Shown: positions 16,249 through 25,900 of the stretch, piece after piece
Layout: every line of letters starts with the position of its first letter
Numbering within the stretch: position 1 is the stretch's first letter
Source: Armatimonadota bacterium
GTDB lineage: Bacteria > Armatimonadota > Hebobacteria > CAIYQO01
NCBI GenBank assembly: GCA_020060775.1
Contig: JAGUZN010000116.1
Coordinates: 3,995 to 67,994, forward strand
Length of the DNA: 64,000 nucleotides
Direction of reading: 5' to 3'
The notes under the pieces: generated by a model
What the model was told of the DNA's origin: nothing
What the model saw: only the letters and a program-made list of their open reading frames with translations
Database searches by the model: none
Made by a program: the position numbers and the translations under genes

Positions 16249-19116
16249 ATGAAAGATCAACACACCTGGATTTTCCCCTGGCAGGGGATGCTGTTGACGC
16301 TATTGGCGATCGCACTGCTGGCCTCCTCCCCGCTACACGCGGCAAGCCACTATGTGCGTAACGGCGACTTCAATACCAAGGGGGGCGTGAAGCCCTACTT
16401 CACGCAGGAGAACGTCGATAAGCTGCGCCAGGCTGGTTGGACGTGCCCGGACGCCGACAGCTTTCCGGCCTGGTGCAGCGGGTACGGCGTGAATGTGACG
16501 CTGGAGTGGTTCGCCACCGGCGGCAAGTACAATGACGGCTATATCCGCCTGAAAGGGAAAGACGGCTTCCTCTCAACCTATCACGGTCTGCCGTTGGAAC
16601 CGGTGAACCTTGTCACCTTCTGGACGCGCGGCACGGGTGTGCTGCGTTTTGGTTTTCTCGGCTACAAATTCGAGAACGGCAATACGTATGGCGGCGTTCG
16701 CGTGCCGCATCTGGATGTGCAGGTGAACTCGGAGCACTGGGTGCGCTATCGCTTTATCCTGCGCAGCAGGGACGACCTGCACAATGTGCATACCGCGCTA
16801 TCAGTGCCCGAGGGCATGGTGGATGTGGATGAGATGGATATCGCGCCGACGGATGCGGCGATGGCGCTGGCGGTTGACGATGCGGTAACACTGTATGGGA
16901 AGGGCGCGTTGGTGGAGAACCAGGAGTGGGTGGCGGTGGATGAGGCATTCCTGCAGTGGTCGGCCTCCTTTGCGGAAGCGGTGAAGGCCGTGAAGGCATC
17001 CGCTAAGATCGACAAGGCACTGGCAGAAGCTATCGTCAAGCACACCGACGAACTCAGCCCGTATGTGACGACGAAAGGGTTGAAAACCGTGGCAGCGGTC
17101 CACTACAACGACATGATCGTCTGGACGCGCGTGTGCCGGCAATTGCTCGGCCAGTCGACAGCGAATGCCCCGCAGCAGACGAACGCGCAACCGGCCGCGG
17201 TTGCCGCCTCCCCCGCGCCGGACAAGCCCGACGTCCATAAGCCCGGCGAGCGCGCCGCGCGCCCCGACACGGTCACCATCACTGAGATCAAGTCAAACAA
17301 GGTGCGCTACAACGAAAACGAATCGGCGACCTCCCACGTGACCGTGGCGAATACCCGCGCAACTGGGCAGCAGGGCACGTTGATCGCCACGCTGATCAGT
17401 GACTTGGACACCCGGCGTGAGGTAGGGCGCACGGCGTTTACGCTGGGGGCCGGGCAGCAGGGCCACTGGGATGTGCGCTACAGCGTCGGGCCGGAGACGT
17501 ATGGCCGCACGCTGGAGGTGCGTTTTGTGGACGAGGCGGGCGCGGTGGTCGACACCTGGCGTGAGTTCTACGCGGTGGCCGCCGAGTGGTTCCGCGTGCA
17601 ACAGCACACCTATGGTGCGCAATCGCCGGCTTACCGTGTCGATCCCTGGGTGACTTATATGAACCAGATGCATAACTTTGCCAGCGAACCCTCCGATTGG
17701 GGTGCGTATATGACGGATACCGAGCAATACCTCTCAGGGCAGGCGCGGTATCACGTGATTATGGCTCATCGCAAGGGGTATTACACCCATTTCCGCAATC
17801 TGGGCGTGATGGGCACCTTCTATCAGAATCTCGCCCTGGGCGGGCAGATGGGGTACGAGATCGCCCGCCGGCATCCCGAGTTCGTGCTGTTTGACGCCAA
17901 CGGGCAGTACTCGGTCGACCCGGTGTACGGGGGATATCCCAATCCCATGGAGCTGGCATCGCCGCTGGAGATCGGGCCGAAACGCAAAGTGGCCAAACCG
18001 TATCTCGATCGCAAGCTCACCGGCTGGCATCACACCATGGTCAACAGCGCCAGAGAAGACGTGATCAGGCACATGGCGGAGAGCATCAAGACCTACGCCA
18101 AAGAGCTCGGAGCGGCAGGGATCTATGTCGATGGCAATGTTGGCGTCTACCGTGGTTACAACTACGATGGCACATTGAACGTGCCTACCGATAGCTACGA
18201 TGAGTACGTCCGCCTCAATGCTCGCAACCATCGTCTCTTTAACGAAATTCTCAAACAGGACGACCCGCAGTTCGGCACCTGGTTCAACTGGTCCTACGGC
18301 AGCAACGAATACTATATCCCCCACGGCATGAAGTGTGCCCTCGGTTCAGGGACGACGACGGTTGGTGACACCAAAGATGACGCTATGCGGGCGGTCACCA
18401 GCTTCAAGAACGTCATGTTGCTCGTCGAGTACCAGCACAGCTTGATCGGTTCGCAGCAGCCTGACGGCACGCCTGAAGGGTACTTCAATATGCTGTTGAA
18501 GGAGCGCGACCATATCATCCAGCCGTACGGGGCGAACATGATCACGGGCTATTACGGCATCTCGCCGGTCGACAAGGATGAGCCCGGTCCGTCGCGCTGG
18601 GGCTGGCCCACGTTGAACTACTTCGGCGCGCAAATCACCGCCTCGCAGTTTCACGTGGTCACCTTCTTCCGCCCGAGCATGCGGCCGTGGCTGCAATTCA
18701 TGACGTGCTACTCGCGCTTCTTCTGGGCGCCGGACATCAAAACGCTGCCGGCTGACCAGCAGACGATTGTGGTGAACGCGCCAGCAGGGGAACTCTGGTG
18801 GAAGCGCACGGTGTATACACGCGAGCGCGAAGACGGTCACGACCTGATCGTGCATCTGGTGCGCATCCCGCCCACCAAGCGCTGGGATCTGGAGTGGACG
18901 GTGGAGCCCGAGCCGCTGGCCGGGGTGACCATCGACGCGTTGATCGGCAACGGCCAGTTGCAGAGCGTGACGGCGATGCGCCCGTATTATTACGAGGAGG
19001 AGCAACAGCCGGTGGAGACCGCGCTGCAGGCGACGATGACGAACGGCACAGCGCAGATCAGCGTGCCGCCGTTCCGTTATCATACCATGGTCGTCTTCCG
19101 CGTGAAGACGAAGTAA
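16249..19116 (+). CDS. Large secreted hypothetical protein (955 aa), possible carbohydrate-active enzyme
   Basis: GAGGAGGAG SD. Signal peptide ...LLAIALLASSPLHAAS. The N-terminal jelly-roll-like start (YVRNGDFN) is followed by a P/A-rich linker (17160-17270). The C-terminal region has TIM-barrel-like strands (AAGIYVDGN). It starts 15 nt after the previous gene. Confidence 0.7.
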   Translation: MKDQHTWIFPWQGMLLTLLAIALLASSPLHAASHYVRNGDFNTKGGVKPYFTQENVDKLRQAGWTCPDADSFPAWCSGYGVNVTLEWFATGGKYNDGYIRLKGKDGFLSTYHGLPLEPVNLVTFWTRGTGVLRFGFLGYKFENGNTYGGVRVPHLDVQVNSEHWVRYRFILRSRDDLHNVHTALSVPEGMVDVDEMDIAPTDAAMALAVDDAVTLYGKGALVENQEWVAVDEAFLQWSASFAEAVKAVKASAKIDKALAEAIVKHTDELSPYVTTKGLKTVAAVHYNDMIVWTRVCRQLLGQSTANAPQQTNAQPAAVAASPAPDKPDVHKPGERAARPDTVTITEIKSNKVRYNENESATSHVTVANTRATGQQGTLIATLISDLDTRREVGRTAFTLGAGQQGHWDVRYSVGPETYGRTLEVRFVDEAGAVVDTWREFYAVAAEWFRVQQHTYGAQSPAYRVDPWVTYMNQMHNFASEPSDWGAYMTDTEQYLSGQARYHVIMAHRKGYYTHFRNLGVMGTFYQNLALGGQMGYEIARRHPEFVLFDANGQYSVDPVYGGYPNPMELASPLEIGPKRKVAKPYLDRKLTGWHHTMVNSAREDVIRHMAESIKTYAKELGAAGIYVDGNVGVYRGYNYDGTLNVPTDSYDEYVRLNARNHRLFNEILKQDDPQFGTWFNWSYGSNEYYIPHGMKCALGSGTTTVGDTKDDAMRAVTSFKNVMLLVEYQHSLIGSQQPDGTPEGYFNMLLKERDHIIQPYGANMITGYYGISPVDKDEPGPSRWGWPTLNYFGAQITASQFHVVTFFRPSMRPWLQFMTCYSRFFWAPDIKTLPADQQTIVVNAPAGELWWKRTVYTREREDGHDLIVHLVRIPPTKRWDLEWTVEPEPLAGVTIDALIGNGQLQSVTAMRPYYYEEEQQPVETALQATMTNGTAQISVPPFRYHTMVVFRVKTK

Positions 19117-19141
19117 CCGGCTCGGATATCGCTAATGCCGT

Positions 19142-19173
19142 CGCCGCCCCGGTGCCCAGGTGCCGGGGCGGCG
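19142..19173. terminator. Hairpin between convergent genes (bidirectional terminator candidate)
   Basis: CGCCGCCCCGG-N10-CCGGGGCGGCG, an 11-bp perfect stem. Confidence 0.5.
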
Positions 19174-19186
19174 GTGTGTGTGATGG

Positions 19187-21058
19187 TTACTTCTGCGTGA
19201 GCAACTGCGTATAATCAGTGACGCTGCCGCCATCCAGGCAACAGGTGATGATCTCGCGCCCCAACGGAAGCAGATCCGGCTCATCAAGGTATGGCTTCAG
19301 CTCTCGGTGGAAGAAGCGCGTCAGAATCTCGGCGCCTTGATCGTACCCCTCTTCCCCAATCTCGCGCTGCAGTTGGACCTCCAGGAACCAGGGGGAGATC
19401 TGCGAACCCTCCACGACCATCGACGCCAACGCATACCCGAGCAAGGGGCAGCGGGCGGGCGTGAGCTGATCAGGGCGGAAGCGGGCTCCGCTCCGGCGAG
19501 CGAGATATTCTCGGGCAATCCACTGCGGCATGAAGCCGACTTTCCAGGCGCCGATATGCTGATTGGGAATGAGCACATGGCGGGTTCCCGGCGTATCGCA
19601 GATTTGCGTGAGGAGCAAATTGGCAAAATCCACGTGCCGTTCGGTGGCAAAGGGCCAGAATGAGCCGACGCCTTCGCTGCTCATGCCCGCAGTATCGGTA
19701 ATGCTGGGGTTGGCATCGCCGCGGGGCGACACCAGCCGCCAGAGCCAGGCCAGCGCCGGTGGGATGACGTGGAACAGTCCCATGATGCCGTAGGTCGGTA
19801 GCTCGCGCGTGCAGGGCGGCGTGCGCACGCCAAAGCTGCGCACATCCACTTCGACAGGCTCATTCACCACATCAGGCACCACTCGCCGGGGGAGGATGAC
19901 ACGGGGATTCGGACACGGCTTCCCCGGGGCATCCTCGGTATGCTCCCAGATCAGGCAGGTGCTGTTCGGCACGCTACCGACGTTCAGGAAGATGAGGGGT
20001 TCCGGCGGATGCACGCACAGTTGTTCCAGGTGCGGGTCGGTACCGTAGTGCGTAATGTGATTGATCCGCACAAACCAGCCATCTTCCGCGTCGTGGACGA
20101 CCAGCTTGGAGGGGTGGTGCTGCAAGGTCGGATGGCACAGCGCCATGTCGTCGGTGACCGGGCGCAACTGGCACCCCTGATGCAGCGACACATAGCGCCG
20201 TTCTCCGGTAACCGTGTTTTTCCCCAGCAACAGGCGGCCGTCCGGTTCGCGATGCGGATATTCCAACATTTCGCTTTTCCCACCGCCGCTGGCCCCCTCG
20301 TGCATCATCGTGACGACATTGTCATAGGGGGTGACGACCTGCACGGTGGAGCCATGCGCCGTCAGCCACCCTTCCTGCGCGCCAATGGAGAGCAGCACAC
20401 CGTACACGCCTTTCTTGGCGCTGGGACCGGGATAGAGGTTGAGCGAGAAGATCTCGTGGCAGGCGTCCGTGCGATGGTGCACGACGACTTGCCGTCCCTC
20501 GCACAACGTATGCCGGAACGGCGGCGCGATGTAGATGATGGAGCGCGGGGCGAAGTCGTCGGTAATCGCTTCGAGGGGAAGCATCCCTTGCAGGTCCGCC
20601 AGGGCCAGCGCGAAAAATGCCGCATTTTTCGGGGCGATGACCAGTGCGTCATAGCCAATATGGCTCAACCCGGTGGTAAACGCATAGACCAGCAATTCCT
20701 GCTGGGCCAGCCAGGTGAGAATCTCGGAGCGGACGGGCTGAAAGTCGGCGCCAAAGCGCGTCGAAAACCGTTCCTTGCCCGTCACGCCTTCGTCGCCGAC
20801 CACCAGGCAATCGGGATCCCGCCGCCGCATATAGGCGTCAGCATAGTTGACCGCCAGGCCGTTCCGACACCGGGTCACGATGGCTTCGGTGATCCGGCCG
20901 TGCCCCGGCACATCATAGGCGACCTCGTACTGATCTTCCCCATGGCCGCCCAGTGCGAGCTCGATTAACTCCTGGCGTGTTTGTGGCATGGAATACGATA
21001 CCCCGGTGGGCAACAGCGATTCCAATAGCGATGTAACTACTCGATGCATTGACTCCAA
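19187..21058 (-). CDS. P-loop protein resembling the DUF4914 family (HPr-kinase/PEPCK-like Walker A)
   Basis: 623-aa ORF. HEGASGGGKSEM Walker-A-like motif. N-terminal ...RQELIELALGG...YEVAYDVPGHG...NYADAYMRRRDP. The family call is from memory of DUF4914-type sequences. Confidence 0.55.
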   Translation of the reverse strand: MESMHRVVTSLLESLLPTGVSYSMPQTRQELIELALGGHGEDQYEVAYDVPGHGRITEAIVTRCRNGLAVNYADAYMRRRDPDCLVVGDEGVTGKERFSTRFGADFQPVRSEILTWLAQQELLVYAFTTGLSHIGYDALVIAPKNAAFFALALADLQGMLPLEAITDDFAPRSIIYIAPPFRHTLCEGRQVVVHHRTDACHEIFSLNLYPGPSAKKGVYGVLLSIGAQEGWLTAHGSTVQVVTPYDNVVTMMHEGASGGGKSEMLEYPHREPDGRLLLGKNTVTGERRYVSLHQGCQLRPVTDDMALCHPTLQHHPSKLVVHDAEDGWFVRINHITHYGTDPHLEQLCVHPPEPLIFLNVGSVPNSTCLIWEHTEDAPGKPCPNPRVILPRRVVPDVVNEPVEVDVRSFGVRTPPCTRELPTYGIMGLFHVIPPALAWLWRLVSPRGDANPSITDTAGMSSEGVGSFWPFATERHVDFANLLLTQICDTPGTRHVLIPNQHIGAWKVGFMPQWIAREYLARRSGARFRPDQLTPARCPLLGYALASMVVEGSQISPWFLEVQLQREIGEEGYDQGAEILTRFFHRELKPYLDEPDLLPLGREIITCCLDGGSVTDYTQLLTQK

Positions 21059-21191
21059 CCTCTACAACTGTGTTCAGGTCTGCCGTAAAAATCGCGGCAC
21101 GCTGCACTGGCCTGCAGACTGTAACCGGCCATCAGCGCCGTCTGCCACGTTCGTCAGTATTTTTCGTCATGGAAATGAGATTGTTCCCACG

Positions 21192-21686
21192 TCAGGCCTC
21201 TTGAATCGCGCGATCTTTCGCGCGCACGCTCTCGGCCATCTTTACCCGCATCTCCTGCAAGCGGGTGCGCACCGCCTCATCCGACGTCGCGATAATTTGC
21301 GCCGCCAGCAGGCCCGCATTGCGCGCGCCATTGATCGTGACAGTGGCGACCGGCACCCCGGAGGGCATCTGTACGATGGCGAGCAACGCATCGAGTCCGC
21401 CCAACGTCATCGACGATGAGGCGATCGGCACGCCGATAACCGGCAACGTGGTGTGCGCGGCGATGACGCCCGGCAAATGCGCGGCCCCGCCCGCACCAGC
21501 GATCAGTACCCGTATACCCCGATCCGCGGCAGCGCGCACATAAGTAGCCACATCGTCCGGCGTGCGATGCGCGCTCATCACGTGGATTTCGCAACCGATG
21601 CCGAGTTCCTCGAGCGCCTTGGACGCCTCGCGCATTACCCCCAGGTCAGAATCACTCCCCATGAGGATGCCCACTTGAACGATCAT
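21192..21686 (-). CDS. purE: 5-(carboxyamino)imidazole ribonucleotide mutase PurE
   Basis: MIVQVGILMGSDSDLGVM...MSAHRTPD...AGGAAHLPGV...GVPVATVTINGARNAG. ATG 21686 follows a GAGGAGAAG SD. The upstream part of the track ORF (to 21788) lacks support. Confidence 0.93.
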   Translation of the reverse strand: MIVQVGILMGSDSDLGVMREASKALEELGIGCEIHVMSAHRTPDDVATYVRAAADRGIRVLIAGAGGAAHLPGVIAAHTTLPVIGVPIASSSMTLGGLDALLAIVQMPSGVPVATVTINGARNAGLLAAQIIATSDEAVRTRLQEMRVKMAESVRAKDRAIQEA

Positions 21687-21993
21687 TGTCTTCTCCTCGC
21701 TGTTTGAACGCGAACAGGCCGACAAGTCTCGGAGCACCGAGCGCTTGCCGGCCTGCAAATGACGGGGACAGGCCCCTTCATGTACCAACCAAACACAACG
21801 GCAGCCATCTGATGATGGTCTGCCGGCATACCTGCAGCCTAATCTCGCGATTACTCTGCGCAGTCTTCCTGTATCACACGGGAATATACACGCTAGCTCG
21901 TCTTCCTGTCAATGCCGAGATCGTGAGCACCCCCTTCCCGCCCGTGGCAACGATCTTGGCAGCAGACCATCGCGGTCCAGCGTAAGATCGTCT

Positions 21994-22165
21994 CTGAGAA
22001 GCTGTGTTGAACGTCTCTGCCCCATGTGCCTTGCTCTGTTTCCGCCTGACGGGAGGGGCAGTCCTCTCATGTATGTCCTCACACACTCGCGGACTCCCCC
22101 TCCCGTCAGTCGAAAAAATCTCGGCGGTATCCAAGGACAGATACTTTTTAAAACAGCTTCTTAAG
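21994..22165. repeat. Intergenic palindromic element, copy C, with a nested internal hairpin
   Basis: Arms CTGAGAAGCTGTGTTGAACGTCTCTGCCC and GGACAGATACTTTTTAAAACAGCTTCTTAAG. Internal inverted repeat CTGACGGGAGGGGCAGTCC (22046-22064) / GGACTCCCCCTCCCGTCAG (22091-22109). Confidence 0.65.
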
Positions 22166-22222
22166 GTTCATCCGCTGATTTTTTCCACGAAAAATGGAAG
22201 AACACTGTCAAGGAGGGATGCC

Positions 22223-22927
22223 ATGCGTTGCCTATGGTTGTCTGCGCTGCTGCTGTGCGCTGCCGGGGCGTTTGCCGCGGAGATCAGCGGGCCGATCTAC
22301 TTCAAAGGCAAGCTGACGGAGAATGTGCAGGCAGGGTATGTGGCACTGGTGGAGAAGGGCGATCAGATCAATAACATGGCGGGGATGACGCCCACCGGCG
22401 ACTCCGGACACGTCTGGTGTGACACCTACAAGCCCCGGCGCACGGGCCTGAAATGGCATAAGCAGACGGGACTCACCTTCCAGCATATTAATATTCCGCC
22501 CGGTAAATATTTGCTGTACGTGCGGTACGGCGAGCATTACCTCGACTGGAAAGTGGTGGACGTACCTAAAGCCACCTCAAAACTCACCGCCTCGCTGGCA
22601 ATCAGCCCGAGCACCTTCGGCACGCTGCACCTGGTCATCGGGCGTGGGACGGGTGATTACAATATCCAGCTCACCCCGTTAACCGCGAAGAAGCAATCGC
22701 CGCTGCCGGGAGCCAAGATCGACTTCGGCGGCCCGGTGATCGATGTCGATGTGCAGGGCAGCGAGACCACCCTGCGCGGGGTGAAGGAGGGCGTGTACCG
22801 GGTGACGCTGCGCGCGGCACATCGCCAGGGCACGGAGGAAACGGGCATCTTCACCACCTACGATGATCTCGGCTCGTGGACGATCACCGTGAAGGCGGGG
22901 AAGGCGCTACAGTTCCGTCTGCCGTAG
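22223..22927 (+). CDS. Secreted hypothetical protein (likely tandem Ig/carboxypeptidase-regulatory-like beta-sandwiches)
   Basis: ATG 22223 follows AGGAGGG and gives the signal peptide MRCLWLSALLLCAAGAFAAE. The upstream part of the track ORF (from 22004) overlaps repeat copy C. Confidence 0.7.
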   Translation: MRCLWLSALLLCAAGAFAAEISGPIYFKGKLTENVQAGYVALVEKGDQINNMAGMTPTGDSGHVWCDTYKPRRTGLKWHKQTGLTFQHINIPPGKYLLYVRYGEHYLDWKVVDVPKATSKLTASLAISPSTFGTLHLVIGRGTGDYNIQLTPLTAKKQSPLPGAKIDFGGPVIDVDVQGSETTLRGVKEGVYRVTLRAAHRQGTEETGIFTTYDDLGSWTITVKAGKALQFRLP

Positions 22928-22933
22928 CGGACA

Positions 22934-25900
22934 TCACGCATCCAGCAGGTCGGTGAGCGCGAGTTGTCCGGCATCGGGGCGTTTAGGGCGGCGGTAGTCC
23001 GGGGTGTACGTCTGCAGCAGGCGCTCCTCGATGTCGCGCACGAAGGGCGAAACCTCGCGCTCCAGATGTTCGCCATGCTGCACGCGCGTCTTCGCATAGG
23101 CGAGATACAGGCGGCGGCGCGCGCGCGTCATGCCCACGTAGAAAAGACGGCGCTCTTCGTCGCCGGGGGCGTGGGCATGCGGGAAGCTGCCATCCTCACA
23201 GCCGACCAGGAAAACGACCTCCCACTCCAGCCCCTTGGCGGCATGCACGGTCATCAGCGACACGCGACCGCCACTGGGATCAACGATATCGATATCCTGC
23301 TCCAGGGTGGTCTCGCGTAGGAAGGCGGCGATGCCCCCCGCGCTGCGCGCCAGTTGCCGCAACACCGTCCACGGCGGTTGCGCCAGCACTTCCTCGGTCA
23401 TGCCGCGATGCCGACAGATGCCAAGCAGCGCTTCTTCGGCAGGGAGATCGACCGCCGGATCAAGCAACCCAAGCACTTCACGCACATCCGCGCGTTGGAA
23501 CAGTGCCTTGCGCGACGCCTGCAAGTACGGGATGCCGCTGCGCTCCAGGGCCTGCTGCACCGCCTCACCCATGGCATGCGTGCGATAGAGTACGGCCATA
23601 TCGCTGAATGCCAACCCCTCGCCCGCCCCGTCGCCGCCGCGGCCGGAGTCGATGGAGAAATGGCTGATGCCGCCCAGCAATCCTTCGATAGTCTGCACCA
23701 CGTATTCCGCTTCCGCTTGCGGCGAGGCGAGGCCGGCGACCTCGATGGCGGGACCGGCGCGATCACTCCACAGCGTGCGTCGCCCGAGCAAGCTGCCGGG
23801 CGCAATCACCTGTCCACTGGCCTGCACGATGGTGCGGCTGGAGCGGTAATTGCGCGTGAGTTCGATCTGCGCGGCATCAGGGTAGTCTTGCCGGAAGCGT
23901 AGGAAGTAGCGCACGTCCGCCCCGCGGAATCCGTAGATCGCCTGATCGGGGTCGCCGATGGCGCAGAGATCGCCGCCCGGCGGGCAGAGCAGGCGCAGCA
24001 GGTGATACTGCAAGACGTTGACATCCTGGTATTCGTCGACCACCACATGCGGCCAACGCCGCTGGTAATACGCCCGCACTTCGACATGCTCGGCGAGCAA
24101 CGCCAGCGGGAGCACGAGGAGGTCGGCGAAATCGAGCAGGCCGCGCGCCTGTTTTGCCTCCGCATAGGCGGGAGCCAGACCACGCAGGCGTTCAGCGATG
24201 CCGCGCAGGGCATCCGGGTCACCGGGCGCTTCGGCAAAGTGCAGCGCGAGCGCCTGCTCCAGCGCCTCCCGATTCTTCACCTTCGCCTGTGCGGCATGCG
24301 CGGCAAAGAGCGCATCCGCCTCATCCTCGGGAAGGATGGCGACCGGATCGGGCAGACCTAGCCGCGCGCGCTGTTCGGCGATGACGCGGTAGCCGAGTTT
24401 ATGAAAGGTGGCCACCAGCGGCCGCCCGGGCAGCAGGCAGGCGTCGAGGCGTTCGGCCATTTCGCGCGCGGCGCGATTGGAGAAGGTGAGGGCGAGGATG
24501 CCGGTGGGGTCGATGCCGTGCGCCTGCACCTGATGGCGGATGCGTTCGACCAGCGTGCGTGTTTTCCCGGCGCCGGGGCCGGCGACGATGAGCAGCGGGG
24601 CTGGCGGGTGTTGCACGGCACGCTGTTGTTCCGCGCTCAACCCCTGTTCGACCGTTAAAGTCGGAGCGGCCTCAACAGGGCGCTCCGCTTGGCGGGGATG
24701 CGGTTCCACCTTCTTAGTCGTCACCAATGGCAGCCCGCCAAAGAGCTGGATCTGCCCCAACACCTCGGCGCGTTCATCCTCATCGAAGACGGTGATAATG
24801 CCGTACTCGCCATCGTAACCGGGGATGGCATGGACCTTGCCGGCGCGCATCTTTTCGATGGCGCGGGCGAGGAGTTCGCCGCCCGCGGTGCGGATCTGGT
24901 CGAGTTCGGCCTCGCGCAGGATGTACAATTCCGGCCCGATCGCGGCCAGCAGGTGCTCATACGCAAGTGCCACTTTCTTGCTGCCCGCGCCGGTCTGATA
25001 CAGCTCACCGAGAATTTCCGCCAGCGAGAGCATGCTCTGGAAATTCGCCGCCCCTTCCGGTCGCGCGCCGCGCGGGCGGTCGGCGAGTTCCAGCACGCGG
25101 TATTCGACTCCCAACGTGAGCAGTCCGCCGCAGACCGGGCAGCGACCATCGAGCTCACGGCTCTCTTCCGGCATGCAGGAGAAATCGCACTTGCGGTGGC
25201 CATCCCCGTGATACTTGCCTTCCTCGGGGAAGAACTCGATGGTGCCCCAGAAGCCGGGGGTGACGCGCTTCAGCGCCTCCATCACTGCGGTATACCCCAC
25301 CTCGCAGGTGAAGGCATTCGCTTCGCGCCCGATTTTGGCGGCGGAATGGGCATCCGAGTTGCTCACCAGCGCATACCGATCCAGGCTGGAGACGTGCCAG
25401 TTCATCGGGGGATCGGAGGACAGCCCGGTTTCCACGGCAAAGATGTGTCCGGCCAGATCGCGATAACAGGCCGCGACAGAATCAAAGCCGGATTTAGACC
25501 CGAGCACGGAAAACCACGGCGTCCAGATATGCGCGGGAATGAGCGCGGCACGGGGCGAGGACTCGAGTAAAATCTCCAACAGGTCGCGCGAATCGAGGCC
25601 GAGGATGGGGCGGCCATCCGAGGTGATATTGCCGATGCGCTCCAGCCGGGCGGCGAATTGCTCGGCGGATGCAAGGTCAGGCAGGCAGACGAGGTGATGC
25701 ACCTTGCGGGTGGCACCGTCCGCTTTGTAGATGGTGCTGATCTCGCCAGTGAGCAGGAAGCGAATGTCGTCGGCGCCGGGCAATTCCTCGGCCGGGCGCA
25801 GCTCGTCACGCAGGCGAAAGACGCCGTCGCCCACCGGGAGAAGCCGCTCGCGGATCTCCGCCAGCCAGCCGGGATGCGTGCAGTCGCCCGTGCCGATGAG

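Noticed and set aside
14188-16263. ORFs 14188..15168(-) and 15259..16263(-) lie opposite the 14218..16233 gene.
   Set aside because: They are shadow ORFs with Arg/Gly/Ala/His-rich low-complexity translations. The plus-strand frame has an SD site, a signal peptide and a recognisable GATase1-like domain.
19940-20968. Other long alternative-frame ORFs: 19940..20968(+), 24689..25570(+), 32828..33970(+), 34010..34810(-), 37371..38288(-), 40373..40954(-), 41582..42403(+) and 245..703(+).
   Set aside because: Each is antisense to, or out of frame with, a gene carrying clear family motifs (P-loop protein, helicase, DegT, XRE-cupin, gltA, flavodoxin, histidine kinase, pseudopilin). None has recognisable motifs.
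21687-21800. A hairpin-rich leader upstream of purE (GGCCGGCAAGCGCTCGG...CCGAGACTTGTCGGCC on the minus strand) was considered as a possible purine or ZTP riboswitch.
   Set aside because: I could not find the conserved ZTP (pfl) or purine-riboswitch core sequences. There is only a generic imperfect hairpin without a U-tract.
22004-22222. N-terminal extensions of track ORFs: 22004 for gene 22223, 27422 for gene 27377, 21788 for purE, 26059 for the helicase and 37255 for gene 37141.
   Set aside because: The extensions overlap palindromic repeat copies C and D or lack homology. In each case an internal ATG is preceded by a good SD and yields a canonical N-terminus (signal peptide, or family-typical start).
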